A stretch of DNA of 64,000 bases from Octopus bimaculoides (taxonomy: Eukaryota), in assembly GCF_001194135.2 (NCBI RefSeq), contig NC_068987.1, positions 99,057,830 through 99,121,829 on the forward strand. The letters run 5' to 3'. How positions within the stretch are numbered: the stretch's first letter is position 1; each line of letters starts with the position of its first letter. The notes beneath the pieces are model-generated. The model did not search any database, was not told the DNA's origin, and saw only the letters and a list, made by a program, of their open reading frames with translations. Positions 50,558 through 62,741 of the stretch are shown piece by piece. Made by a program: the position numbers and the translations under genes.

Positions 50558-51705
50558 GATGTTTCCCAAGTTCACTAGTTTCGGTGGATGGGAAACCCGG
50601 TTGAATCGAAGATCGAAGTTGGGTACATGGTACACGGAGTGCCGCAAGTCACTCGTGCTATTCCGTCGCTTGTGCAATGCCTGCGGTGGGGGTTCCACCG
50701 CATTCTTCTATAGAGGGCTTGTAGAGGCGAAATGTGATGACCCCTTAGGGGAAACCCGAGGTCTCGACGAAAGTCAGCTGGCGAGTCTATTCCGACGTAC
50801 ATTCGNNNNNNNNNNNNNNNNNNNNNNNNNNNNNNNNNNNNNNNNNNNNNNNNNNNNNNNNNNNNNNNNNNNNNNNNNNNNNNNNNNNNNNNNNNNNNNN
50901 NNNNNNNNNNNNNNNNNNNNNNNNNNNNNNNNNNNNNNNNNNNNNNNNNNNNNNNNNNNNNNNNNNNNNNNNNNNNNNNNNNNNNNNNNNNNNNNNNNNN
51001 NNNNNNNNNNNNNNNNNNNNNNNNNNNNNNNNNNNNNNNNNNNNNNNNNNNNNNNNNNNNNNNNNNNNNNNNNNNNNNNNNNNNNNNNNNNNNNNNNNNN
51101 NNNNNNNNNNNNNNNNNNNNNNNNNNNNNNNNNNNNNNNNNNNNNNNNNNNNNNNNNNNNNNNNNNNNNNNNNNNNNNNNNNNNNNNNNNNNNNNNNNNN
51201 NNNNNNNNNNNNNNNNNNNNNNNNNNNNNNNNNNNNNNNNNNNNNNNNNNNNNNNNNNNNNNNNNNNNNNNNNNNNNNNNNNNNNNNNNNNNNNNNNNNN
51301 NNNNNNNNNNNNNNNNNNNNNNNNNNNNNNNNNNNNNNNNNNNNNNNNNNNNNNNNNNNNNNNNNNNNNGAAAGTAGAGCTAGAGAGAAAGTGCCTGACT
51401 GCGAAAATGTTTGAAAGTCGATGGAAGAGTGTAGCACGAAAGTTGTGAATAAATGTAACCACATGAATGAGACGAAGGACTCATCTCAGCTATCAGTAGC
51501 GAGGCGGGGCACGAGGGGTCCGTGCTAGACCCGCCTTACCACTCCATCCGTAATGTCTTCCGGTCTGTCACATCATCCGTTTATAATTCGATTTCATTGT
51601 AAAATTTTTAAATGCATGTTTCTGTCAATTCATTCGTTTTCATCTGACCCCAAATCAGGTTGTATCGTTCCCTCTATGTCGCCCCTTGTGGGCAATAAAA
51701 AATTC
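50558..51705 (+). mobile_element. 5'-truncated non-LTR retrotransposon (L1/Tx1-like ORF2 C-terminus plus 3' UTR) with 16-bp TSD
   Basis: Perfect TSD GCATGTAAAGTTGTCA at 50542-57 and 51706-21. An open frame (...TAFFYRGLVEAKCDDPLGETRGLDESQLASLFRRTF) runs into an N gap. After the gap KVELERKCLTAKMFESRWKSVARKL* (stop 51446-8), and an A-rich end. Clade assignment is from recalled similarity. Confidence 0.8.
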
Positions 51706-52057
51706 GCATGTAAAGTTGTCAAGAACTATTTTAAATATAAATAGCCATGAGAAGTGATATCAATGCCGTGCAGATATATTTATCACATTTAACACAAGCT
51801 TCCACATCGACATTATTACTTACAACCTCACATAACGCCACCACCCTTTCCTCACACAAGACTCACAGTGATATCTAATAATTCTTTGCACTTAAGTAAA
51901 AACTGCCTTGATAACTGAGGGTGTTTGAGCTCGGTTGAAATTCTTAATGTAAAAGGGATGAGGTGGTATCAAGGGTAAGTGTTAGTGACTCAGTAGCCTA
52001 CGCAGCCAAAGATCCTTATTATTATCATCATCATCATCATCATCATTATTATTATTG

Positions 52058-52790
52058 CCTTTGTACAGATTCTAACGCTGGAGATGTTATATGGTGTCAG
52101 CAGTTCACTATCACTGAACTAAGGTCACACCCCTAATTTTTCGAGCACCATCCGGAGTATTCCAGCAGTGCATCACTCTTATTGCCGCCCCTATTTGTTC
52201 CATGTACTTCTCAAAATTTTTACTCAGTTTTCTCAGGGCTTCGACAATTATTGGTACTACTACCACCTTTTTTCAGCGACCACAACTGCTTAACCTCCCA
52301 AGATAACCTGTTATATCTATCGACTTTTCTTTCTTCCTTCTCGCATAACTTGTTTGTCAGCTGGGCATGTTATATCTGTGATCCAGCATTGTTTGCTTTC
52401 TTTCTCAATTAACACTATGTCTGGTTTTCTTTTCTCTAGCTCATGGTCTCACTGAATCATAAAATCGCATAGGATCTTTGCATTATCATTTTCGATGATT
52501 CCTTCGGATTTATGTTCGTACCAATATCTTGCTCTGTTAAATTCACACTTGTTTCAAAGTGCCCAATGGACCATACTTGCTATATTGTCATGACGTCTCT
52601 TATATTCTTTCTGTACTAGTTGCGTACATTGACTGGTAATATGCCATAAAGTTTCACCATTCTGTCCAAAAGTTCTGCACTTAACACTTTCTGATGTGTT
52701 GTCTATTGTGTATTTAATGTAATTGGTTCTAATGCTTGCTCTTGGGCAGCACAGATTAGAGTTTCCGATTCTGGTGTTAAATCAGTTCAC
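52058..52790 (-). mobile_element. 5'-truncated R4/Dong LINE 3' end (CCHC zinc knuckle plus REL endonuclease)
   Basis: Minus strand: SETLICAAQEQALRTNYIK...KCRTFGQNGETLWHITSQC...EYKRRHDNIA..VHW...ENDNAKILCDFMIQ*DHELEKRKPDIVLIEK...DITCP. The 3' end abuts an (AAT/GAT)n run at 52017-52057. Confidence 0.92.
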
Positions 52791-52989
52791 GTCATCTATA
52801 GCCATCTTTTATCTATATACATACTCACACGCGTGTACATATACATACGAACACGTGAACACATATATATGTCTACGCATACATGCACATACACACGCAT
52901 ATATACTCATGTACACATAACTACACTCATATACAGATCTCGAAGTCTGTATTCAGCTTGTTTTGAAAAATTGCCTTTCAATCGGCTGA

Positions 52990-55140
52990 AGACTCTGCCC
53001 CGCAGAAGAATTTAATATAGATGCCTAACAGTATCGATAATTCTATGAAAAACATACCTATACCATCCAGGGAACTATACTATACGAAACTTTTGAAGAA
53101 AATTACAGACTTTATTAAACGTTTGAAATGGAAAGCCTTCTTTTACAACATGGGAGAGGCTGATACAGAGAACATATTTTATGGAATTAAATCAAACAAA
53201 TCCCCTCCTAAAATCAAGGACTTAGAAGACTTCGAAACGGACCTACTGAAGCTTATAAACAAAATAAAATTTCGTAAGTCGTTTAACACTTTTCAACAGA
53301 AACTGAAAAATAACATCAAACACATAAAAAAATACGCACTTGTTTCTGATAAAATCAAGAACTTATACCTTGTAGAAAACAGCACATACTCACAACTTCT
53401 ACATAACAACATTATTAACAATTACACTAAAGCTAGACCACAAGTTTATAACGACATTGATAAAGAAGCTAGCATCATAACCACTAGGCTTAAATTAAAT
53501 TTAAAAAAAAAATAGAGGTCCTCCTAAAAAAGAAAGACAGGTCTTTATATCTATTAAAGACCAGAAAACGAACTTTCTATCTAATCCTAAATGTAGACTT
53601 ATTAACCCAGCAAAATCAGAAATTGGTATTAATAGTATAGACATTTTAGGAAAAATCAATATTAAAGTCAGAAATACTATTAGGTTAGTACAATTGTTTA
53701 ATAGTTTAGAAGTCGTTGACTGGTTTAAAGCCATTAGGAATAAAAAATATAGTGAGACTCACACCATTTGATATTGTAGATTTCTATGTTTCTATCTCTA
53801 AGTAACTGCTTGATAAAGTCCTCACCTTCGCAAGCGAATTTATAGAATTTAGTACACAAGATAAGTACAAAATCTTCTATGACATAAAGACTTTACTCTT
53901 CAGTGAGAACGCAGAGTGAGTTAAGACAACCGATACAGAGGGTGCCTTCGATGTGAGCATCGGATCATATGATGGAGCAGACATATGCGATATCATTGGA
54001 CTATTCAGACTCGATACGTTGGGTAAAACTTTTCCTGGTATACATTTCGCCATTTACAAAGATGATGCTCTAGCTTTACCACAAACACCAATAGACCAGC
54101 GCAATATCGGTTTACGAAGGACATTATCCAAATTATGAAAACATTCGATCTCAGCATGACAATAGATACCAACCTGACGGTTGTCAATTTCCCAGATGTA
54201 TCTTTAGATTTAAATAAAAAATATTTACAAACCCTATAGAAAGCCCAACGATAGGCTTAGCTATATTAATGTAGCTATATTAATGTAGGTTTCTGCCATC
54301 CCCCATAGTATTTAAGAATTTAGTTTTAAAAAATTAGCGAGAGATTTTCTAGTCCCTCCTCCAGTATAAACATTTTTAATAGTGTTGCCCAATATATAAT
54401 AGAGCTCTAAAAGATAGTGGTTTTAGCGAAGAAATAACCTATACACCTGTTATTAGTCCAGTAATAAAAAAAAAGGAAAAATAGCAATAGGAAAATTGTC
54501 TGGTTCACACCACCTTGCTCTCCCGAAGTGACAGTTAATATAGGTAGATATTTCTGATCACTTATAGATAGGCATTTTCCAATCATAATTAAAGAAAGTT
54601 CTTTAATAGGCACAACTTAAAAATTAGTTTCAGTGCTACTAATAACTTTAAAACTATAATTGTACACAACAAACAAAAGCACCAAAACGTAGCCGGCTCT
54701 TCTGCAGAGTTAAACATGGAGCTTGTATGACCGAAGCTTTCATTTATGAAGCCACCGTAGATTCTACAACCATTAAGGACATAGATTCGTCAAAGAAATA
54801 TTTGGGCCTCACACAGGGAAATTTTAAAACCACGTTCAACAATCACACCATAAGCTTTAGACACTGGGATAAAAGGAAAACAACCATATTATCCAGTTAT
54901 ATATGGTCCTTAAAAGAAAAAGGTGTCAGCTATAAGATTTACTGGAAGATCATGGCCAAGTGTAAGCCTTACACCAACGGGAGTGGAAAATGCGGTCTTG
55001 GAGATATGGAAAGATGGTTCATTCGGAAAAAGTTCTTAATACCCCGCCACATATCTAAATTCAAGAACTGAACTTTTGGGGTCATGTCCACAAATGGCAA
55101 AACGTTTGCAACGTTTTTGGACCCCTAAGATCACAGATAG
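52990..55140 (+). mobile_element. Near full-length, frameshifted Penelope-like element (RT plus C-terminal GIY-YIG)
   Basis: ORF 53021-53515 SMKNIPIPS...FIKRLKWKAFFY; CRLINPAKSEIG (~53591); IGSYDGADICDIIG (from 53953); YKDDAL (~54055, YxDD); ORF 54727-55071 FIYEATV...YLGLTQGNFKTTFNNH...LSSYIW.LK...C (GIY-YIG type). Confidence 0.92.
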
Positions 55141-55772
55141 AACCTGATTTTTTTAATATTATATACACGTACAAGCCTTTCATATGTCTTAACATCTCTT
55201 ATATATTTCATATATATATATTATATTGCTTTATATATTTTTCTGCATATTATTTTTCACCCGTTATTATTGTGTAACTTATACGCGTGTAGTATATACC
55301 TAATGTGTATCTGCGTGAATATATACATGTTTACGAATGATAGTATGTATACGAGTGCAAGACTCTACCTGTTGTACTTGTCTCCTTCCTTCATATATAT
55401 ATATATGTATAAGTTTATATATCTGCAGGTGTAGATGTGTGCGACAGATAGGAGGGTTGTATTTGTGTATATACTTCTATAACTCATTTGTATATTCAAG
55501 TTTTTCGGCGAAAATGAATGTCTTACGGTTTATTTTATTAGTGTATGTGTTTTTATTTGTATAAACGTCCATCCACCTATGTATATATGTGCTTTCATGT
55601 ATATGTACACGCGAGTGTGAGTATGTATATAGATATATATACATACAAGTGTGTGTGTTTGTGCGTACGTGTATGTGTGTGTGTATATGTGTACGTATGC
55701 GTATTCTATGAACGAAGTATTACTTTCCCCATTGGAGTAATTTCCAATTATTGAACGGTTTTTCCGTGGTGT

Positions 55773-55848
55773 TTGTCATAATAACTGATGAGGTGCCGGG
55801 GCAGACTTCAGTACCGGCATCCGAAACCCTGAGTATAATAATGACAAC
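55773..55848 (+). ncRNA. Type-I hammerhead ribozyme motif
   Basis: CUGAUGA at 55785-91; stem II GGUGCCGG/CCGGCAUCC; GAAA at 55823-26; short stem III (A-U, C-G); GUA triplet at 55833-35; stem I 55773-84 with 55836-47 pairs at 10 of 12 positions. Confidence 0.8.
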
Positions 55849-55955
55849 CAACAAATTGTCACATATATTTATAGATAAATTCCTCTATTTTACATATCAA
55901 GGTCTCATTCATTCTTTTGTTGCCATATACATATATATATATATAAATACACACA

Positions 55956-56017
<62 letters not shown>

Positions 56018-57381
56018 GATAGAATAAAGATAGCTTATTCGCACTTTACAACCAAAAGTTGTAGACGCCACCATAGTGACTACAGTTATTAGTTATCACT
56101 ATCATTGCTAGAGATAAGAGTTAAAACAACTCATAGCCGCAAGAAAGCTTTCTCTTAGCTATGTGTGAGTATGTGTGTGTGTGTGTTTGTGCGTGTATGT
56201 GTTTGCGCGTGTATGTATAAGTCTCCGTATGACTGCAATCCGTTGGAGAAAGCGAAAAAAAGAAGGAAGGAAATATGGAAAAAATAGGTCAGAATATCAG
56301 AGTCAGGATGACGTTTCCCTCTTATAATCAGATTTAGTGTCTTATATTTTTAGTACAATTTATGTATTAACGTAATTTTGTTTTAATTCACAGCGTCATA
56401 GATATTACAGTCATCTCTCCGGTACAGAAGACAATAATGAACGAATTTTCTGTTAATAATTCAATCATATATATTCTTTTTTAAAGTTCTTAACATAATT
56501 AAACATATTATATGGATTTGATAAAACGTGTATGTTGAAGAAAGAACATTTGTAATTTCAACTAAATTTTACAATTTTATATTTCTTTTCGAGTATGATG
56601 ATTCTGAGAATAAGCAATAAATATATAATCATTTACTTTAGACAGATGTCATCTGCTCAGTGAACATTCCCTACATTAGACCAATGGGTTTCAAGGCACT
56701 CATAGGCACAATCAGGGCTTTGTCCTACAGGCACGTTGTCTCTTACCTCTGCCCACTCTAACGTTCTTTAAGAGCCGTCTTGTGCAATCTAGTCATATCT
56801 AAATTTATTTAACCCTCGTCATATCTTCTCCTTCCTACTGTTCTCCCATTCAACAGACCCCAAACTAATGACTGTGAGAAAACCTTCCTTCCAAGAATGT
56901 TTGCATGCAGATGTTAATGTGCAAAGTTTGAAATGATTACATAACGGCCTCTCTCTTGTGCCTTTTGGAGATGCTGCTAATATCGTGGACAGAGCTTTTC
57001 CTCTTTAACGTGTAAATTCACGGTTTTCTCATACACACACACACACACACACATTAAATCATAAGCTTTTGATACTATCTGCGTAAATAATATAATATAA
57101 TATCATATAAAAAACATAATTGTTAAACTGTTAAACATTTTCAACGATTCTCAAATATAATTAGCAACAAATCAACAGATCTCATATTTATATACAGTAT
57201 TACGAAAGATATCCGCCAGGTAACTTTGCTTATTGTTATTCAGAATTTTCAAAAATAGACTAATACTTTGTTTTATCGAACTCGAAATGAAAAGAAAGTT
57301 AATTGAAATTAGTGGGATTCAAGTTCGGACCAAAAGAGAACTACAACTAATATCTATGTCAGTATTTCTTACTACTCTGAA

Positions 57382-57545
57382 AGGCGACCAGCTGGAAGAA
57401 TCGTTAGCACGCTAGGCAAGATGTTTCTCAGCATTTCGCCTGCGTTTACGTCCTCGGTCAAGTTTGTCCTCTATCTTTTCGGCGGATTTGATAAAATGAA
57501 TGGTCGATGTTATAGATTAATCCTCTTCCCCGAGATTTCAGGCCT
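57382..57545 (+). mobile_element. SINE family A, degenerate, tail type 2
   Basis: Head GGCGACCAGCTGG.AGAATCGTTAGCACGC; tail TTCCCCGAGATTTCAGGCCTT. Confidence 0.6.
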
Positions 57546-59451
57546 TTATGTAAAGGGCTACACTATTCTATAGAGGCTAGCAGGAAAGAAGCAAATTTGA
57601 TTTTAGTCGAATTCGAACTCAGAACAGAGTCAGATGGAATAGATAAGGCAAGGTATATTTAACGCTCTAATCTATGTTAATGATGCAAAAGCTTTTAACA
57701 TAATCGGAACGTATAACAATATTTTCCACTCTTTCCTGACGTCCCCGCTTGATATTTCTGTTTATAATGAGAAAATTATCCAATATTAAATACTCATTAA
57801 CAAATATAATTTGTAATCTGTTTAGTACTTGTAACAATATATTAAGCTATTATCCGATATTATACCGATAGGCATTTTTAAATATTTCAGCAAATATTTT
57901 CGTAACGAAGTCAAAGGATATGACATCTGAATGTGAATTTTACATAGAACTTGTATGAAGCACTATATTAATATTCTCCGAAAGGAGATAAAATCCAAGT
58001 AGCACGTTGCAATATTTCCCTATAAATTTTATTGATTGCAGAATTCATAATTAAAGAAAGAAAATAACACATATATTGGCAGACATCAGTAAGTATTATC
58101 AGAAAATTTGCTTGCTGATTTTTTTTAAACGAGGAGACTCGTGCTGTTAGATTTCTCGTTAAGGTGAGGTTAGTTCCAACTGTAGAAGATTCACTATAAG
58201 TTTGAAACACTGAGATGTACCGAAAATGCCGATTGTGTGTTTTGAACAAATATTGCTTAAAAGGAGGAGGTGGTCTTTGATGACAACCCCCCCCCCCAAA
58301 AAAAAACATTCAGATATTCATGTGTCAATCTGACGAACGTTCAAAACGAACAGATACATTATTGTTTGAATTTTCGTTGTGCTCCACGTCAATCATTATG
58401 TCCCTAACTATTTCCAGATTTCAAAATGTGTGGTGATATTAGCGCTATCTTATCTATGAAGTATCGTGAACTAACTTATACCTATGTTTTGAATCTGTTT
58501 TTCTTATTTGCATAACAATACATGTATCTGTATGTCATATATATATATATATTGTAAAAAGTGGGATATAATATCCATATATACATCACATTTGCCCTCC
58601 AATATATTCATTAAGAAGGTAATAGATTTCACACTGAAAATTTCAGGCAGTGGCATCAAACATAGATGCATTAACACTTTATAAACGAATTCCTTGATAC
58701 TCCAGGCAGGCCCTGCCTAGATAAGGACACGTGTATAAGATAAATGTACCACAATTAGAAGATAAATTCTGTAAAATCATTTGAAAGGTAACGTTGGGTA
58801 ACTTTCTAACTATATTCAGCATATTGTAAGCGAATATCACGAAATCGATTTTGAGTTTTATTCCGCTGGGCTGAAACAAGCGATAAAAAATAAAAAATAA
58901 AAAAACACTGATAAATTCTATGGACTACGTTATAATCAGAATACTGCACACTTTGCGTGTGCCGATGAGGAACGATAAGCGAAATGAATTATATAATCTG
59001 TAAAAGCTATTAATTAAAATAGGTAAACCGTATTCCATGTAATCAAAAGAAGTACCCGATCATTACTTTTTATTCACATCGAATGAAAGAAGCTTAAAAC
59101 TTGTACCTGTGAGAAAGAAAGGGATGTAAATATCAATACCAGAACTGCAGCAAAATATTACAAGTTCTACCATCCTCCCAGATTGGTGGATTCGAAAATT
59201 TTATAATATGACGGTTTAAATATTTTGCGTGTTAGGTCGTTAGGTATTACTATGCACGAGAAATGTAGACCGAGAAATACGAACGCCTGCATAATTGATT
59301 CTTTTAATAGACTTGTCCTTTGTTTAAGCTCACCTAATATGACTCATTAAAATTTATGGTAGTATATTAGATGTGTGTGTATACGCACAGACATATATAT
59401 GTGTGTCGTGTACGTATGTGCATGTGGTTGTGTGTGTTTTTTAGGGTATTA

Positions 59452-59490
<39 letters not shown>

Positions 59491-59787
59491 TTTTCATTTT
59501 TTCGTTCATTATACTGCGACCATGCCGAAACATCACATTGAAGAAGTTTAGTCAAACGAATCGATCCCACTACTTATATTTGAAACCTTGGCATTTNNNN
59601 NNNNNNNNNNNNNNNNNNNNNNNNNNNNNNNNNNNNNNNNNNNNNNNNNNNNNNNNNNNNNNNNNNNNNNNNNNNNNNNNNNNNNNNNNNNNNNNNNNNN
59701 NNNNNNNNNNNNNNNNNNNNNNNNNNNNNNNNNNNNNNNNNNNNNNNNNNNNNNNNNNNNNNNNNNNNNNNNNNNNNNNNNNNNNNN

Positions 59788-59821
<34 letters not shown>

Positions 59822-59823
<2 letters not shown>

Positions 59824-59945
59824 TTTGTCGACCAAATCTAGTCAGAGGTAATAGTAGAACCCTTCTACTCAAAGTGTCACGCAAGGGGACTGAACCTAGA
59901 ACCATGTGATTAGGAAACAAGTTTCTTACCAAATTAGCATGCGCT
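59822..59945 (-). mobile_element. SINE family B 5' part
   Basis: GGGACTGAACC.AGAACCATGTG...AAG.TTCTTACC block shared with the other B copies. Confidence 0.7.
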
Positions 59946-60067
59946 CTACTCAAGAAGGTCAAAGGAACATACGGAACATACGGAAAATATGGATGATACT
60001 GAGCTGTCATGAAGACAGAACGGTATAAATAACAGCAAAATAACTACAGCACTACTACTACTACTAA

Positions 60068-60124
<57 letters not shown>
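60068..60124. repeat. (TAG)n microsatellite within a low-complexity trinucleotide tract
   Basis: Direct reading. A (GAA)n run follows at ~60399-60435. Confidence 0.95.
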
Positions 60125-61222
60125 CAGTAGTTGTCAATGTTGTTGTTGCTGCTGTTGTAATGGTGGTAGCGGTGGTACCGGTGGTGGTGGTCGTGGTGGT
60201 AGTGGCGGTGATCATGGTGGTTGTTCTTCTGGTGGTATTTACAATAGTTGTAGTTTCAGTAGTCGCAGGTGAATTTGCTGTAGTACTTTTGTAATCTGTC
60301 TAGAAATATACCAATTATTCAGAAAGAGAAATCAATTACTGTCAAATGCAGTTTTCAATATAAGACAACAAAGAGCAACATAAAAAAATAATAAGAAAGG
60401 AAGAAGAAGAAGAAGAAGAAGAAGAAGAAGAAGAAGGACAACAACAACAAGTAGAAGAAGATGATGATGATGATGATGTTGAACAACAACAATGAAGTCA
60501 AAACCATCACCAGCAACAATACTATATGCATCAAATGCTCTTAGAACAAGTAAACATGTTCTGTAAAGGGAATCTTTTCATTGATATCACTTTTAAATAT
60601 CTGTTCGAAGAAACTCATAGGTCATTTTGGAAAATATAACCTCTGCGTCATTGGGGTTACAGAAATGGCAGGCATTACAAATACTCGATGAATATATTTC
60701 GTTTGTAACTAGAGAGAAGTTCAGGAATGTTTAGCCTAAAGGTTTGCTTTACAATTATGAGATCACTCCCTTGATACAAGAGCGATGCTGTTTCATAGGC
60801 TGGCATCTGTCGTCATAACACACAAATTGATGTCATAATAATGCGGCCGTATGTTTTGCGGAAGCCGTTGGTGGTGTATGAAAAATATCGGAAACGAAAA
60901 CCATTCAAGAAGTGGATTACAATAAAGTTTGATTGTGCAGAACTGTGTTCCCACACCCTAGCGACGGGAAACGAGATCCAAACATTTTCTTTATTTTTTT
61001 TTAGTTAGATATAGAACTGTGGACATATTTTTCACAGAAAACAAACTACATGTATATTCAACCTAGCCAAACCGATCTCCACACACACGCATACTGTGTA
61101 GACCGTTCGCTACAGTATATCGCTATTCTAATTCCCTAATGTGGATATTTCGTTATGGAAAGTATATAATTATGAAATGTTAGAAGTAAATTGTATGTTT
61201 TTCCAACCACTGGTGGGGAATA

Positions 61223-61345
61223 CGAGCGGGTGCTGAAAAGTCCCTTGCTTTAAGGGTATGGCGAACGGCCTGTTTAGACTTTCGAGTTCTTTTACAGGGC
61301 TTAGAGAAACTGAAGGACAGCTGCAATAAGTGTGTGAATCTGAGA
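61223..61345. mobile_element. Mariner-derived MITE, partial, opposite orientation to the 61685 copy
   Basis: TA|CGAGCGGGTGCTGAAAAGT TIR; interior FLQGLEKLKDSCNKCVNLRGE is a mariner transposase C-terminus. Confidence 0.75.
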
Positions 61346-61684
61346 GGGGAATCTGGAAAATACCTAAAGCTAGGAACATTTCCACACCCCATCGTACATT
61401 TGACAGGAACATTATATTGAGGCTTTGGGGGAAAACAGGTTGGAAAAAATTGGTAATCAGAAGTTAGTTCAAAAATTCCAGCACAGGCTTATCGTAAAAA
61501 AAAAAAAAAAAACAGAAAATTATGTTGAATCGTTCTACTCTACACTCAATGGAAGAAAGATTTTAAAATCGAAGTGTTGATAAAAGGCGAGTAATATATA
61601 TTTGCATATTTTATATGTAATTTCTGTAGCTTCTATTTATCAGTAATCATATCAGCAATCATTTTTCTCATAATATAATCTGTA

Positions 61685-61901
61685 CGATGGAGTGCTGAAA
61701 AGTTCATGGCTTTGGGTGTCAAAAAATAGAGAAGGTCCACCTAATTACAATTTTATTCAGAATAATTCTTTCTCAGATTCACACACCTATTGTAGCGGTC
61801 CTTTACTGTTTTCTACGCCCTGTAAAATAACTCGGAAGATGAGCTTCCAATTAAGCCTTCCGTGATAGACATGAAGCCAGGAATTTTTCGACACACTCTC
61901 C
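61685..61901. mobile_element. Mariner-derived MITE, 217 bp, complete
   Basis: ~29-bp imperfect TIRs (CGATGGAGTGCTGAAAAGTTCATGGCTTT / GAAGCCAGGAATTTTTCGACACACTCTCC), flanked by TA at 61683-4 and 61902-3. Confidence 0.8.
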
Positions 61902-62429
61902 TATACATACATGCGTACATACATACAAACATGCATACATACATGCATACATGCATACATACATACATACATACATACATGCATGCATGCATACAGACAC
62001 ACACAAACATGCATACATACATATACATAGACGAATATATATNNNNNNNNNNNNNNNNNNNNNNNNNNNNNNNNNNNNNNNNNNNNNNNNNNNNNNNNNN
62101 NNNNNNNNNNNNNNNNNNNNNNNNNNNNNNNNNNNNNNNNNNNNNNNNNNNNNNNNNNNNNNNNNNNNNNNNNNNNNNNNNNNNNNNNNNNNNNNNNNNN
62201 NNNNNNNNNNNNNNNNNNNNNNNNNNNNNNNNNNNNNNNNNNNNNNNNNNNNNNNNNNNNNNNNNNNNNNNNNNNNNNNNNNNNNNNNNNNNNNNNNNNN
62301 NNNNNNNNNNNNNNNNNNNNNNNNNNNNNNNNNNNNNNNNNNNNNNNNNNNNNNNNNNNNNNNNNNNNNNNNNNNNNNNNNNNNNNNNNNNNNNNNNNNN
62401 NNNNNNNNNNNTATATATATACCGGAGTA

Positions 62430-62617
62430 AGCACATAAAGTACAACAAGGTAGAAAAAAGAGTACTCAAACACCAGAGGTAGAGTAATATGCTTTATTTA
62501 AAAGCAGCAGAAATATAACAAAAAACTGTTTCTCGGAGTTTCACGTTACCGTCTAATGGACTGTTTTCTTTCTAACAAAAATGTTTTTGTTATATTTCTG
62601 CTGCTTTTAAATAAAGT
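62430..62617 (-). mobile_element. Decayed hammerhead-type small element with internal 34-bp inverted repeat
   Basis: Minus strand ACG-GTAA-CGT-GAAA-CTCCGAG resembles stems II and III of the 36.9 and 55.8 kb motifs, but the CUGAUGA box is lost. 62492-62526 is the inverse of 62583-62616. Confidence 0.5.
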
Positions 62618-62654
62618 ATATATATATACACATTTTAGTCCTTCAGTTTTTATT

Positions 62655-62741
62655 AACCCTGTAAAAGAACTTGGAAGTATGGGTCTCCAACCAGGCCTTT
62701 CACGATACATTTAAAGCCAGGAACTTTTCAACAATCCCCCG
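62655..62741. mobile_element. Mariner-derived MITE, partial
   Basis: AAAGCCAGGAACTTTTCAACAATCCCCCG|TA TIR and interior homologous to the 61685 copy. Confidence 0.75.

Noticed and set aside
52986-53012. CTGAAGA-hairpin(TCTGC/GCAGA)-AGAAT just upstream of the PLE ORF
   Set aside because: The GAAA box and the G-C closing pair are missing, and no stem I or III was found. Possibly a dead ribozyme but unsupported.
58966-59000. CCGATGAG...CGAAATG
   Set aside because: Core is mutated and the helices do not form.
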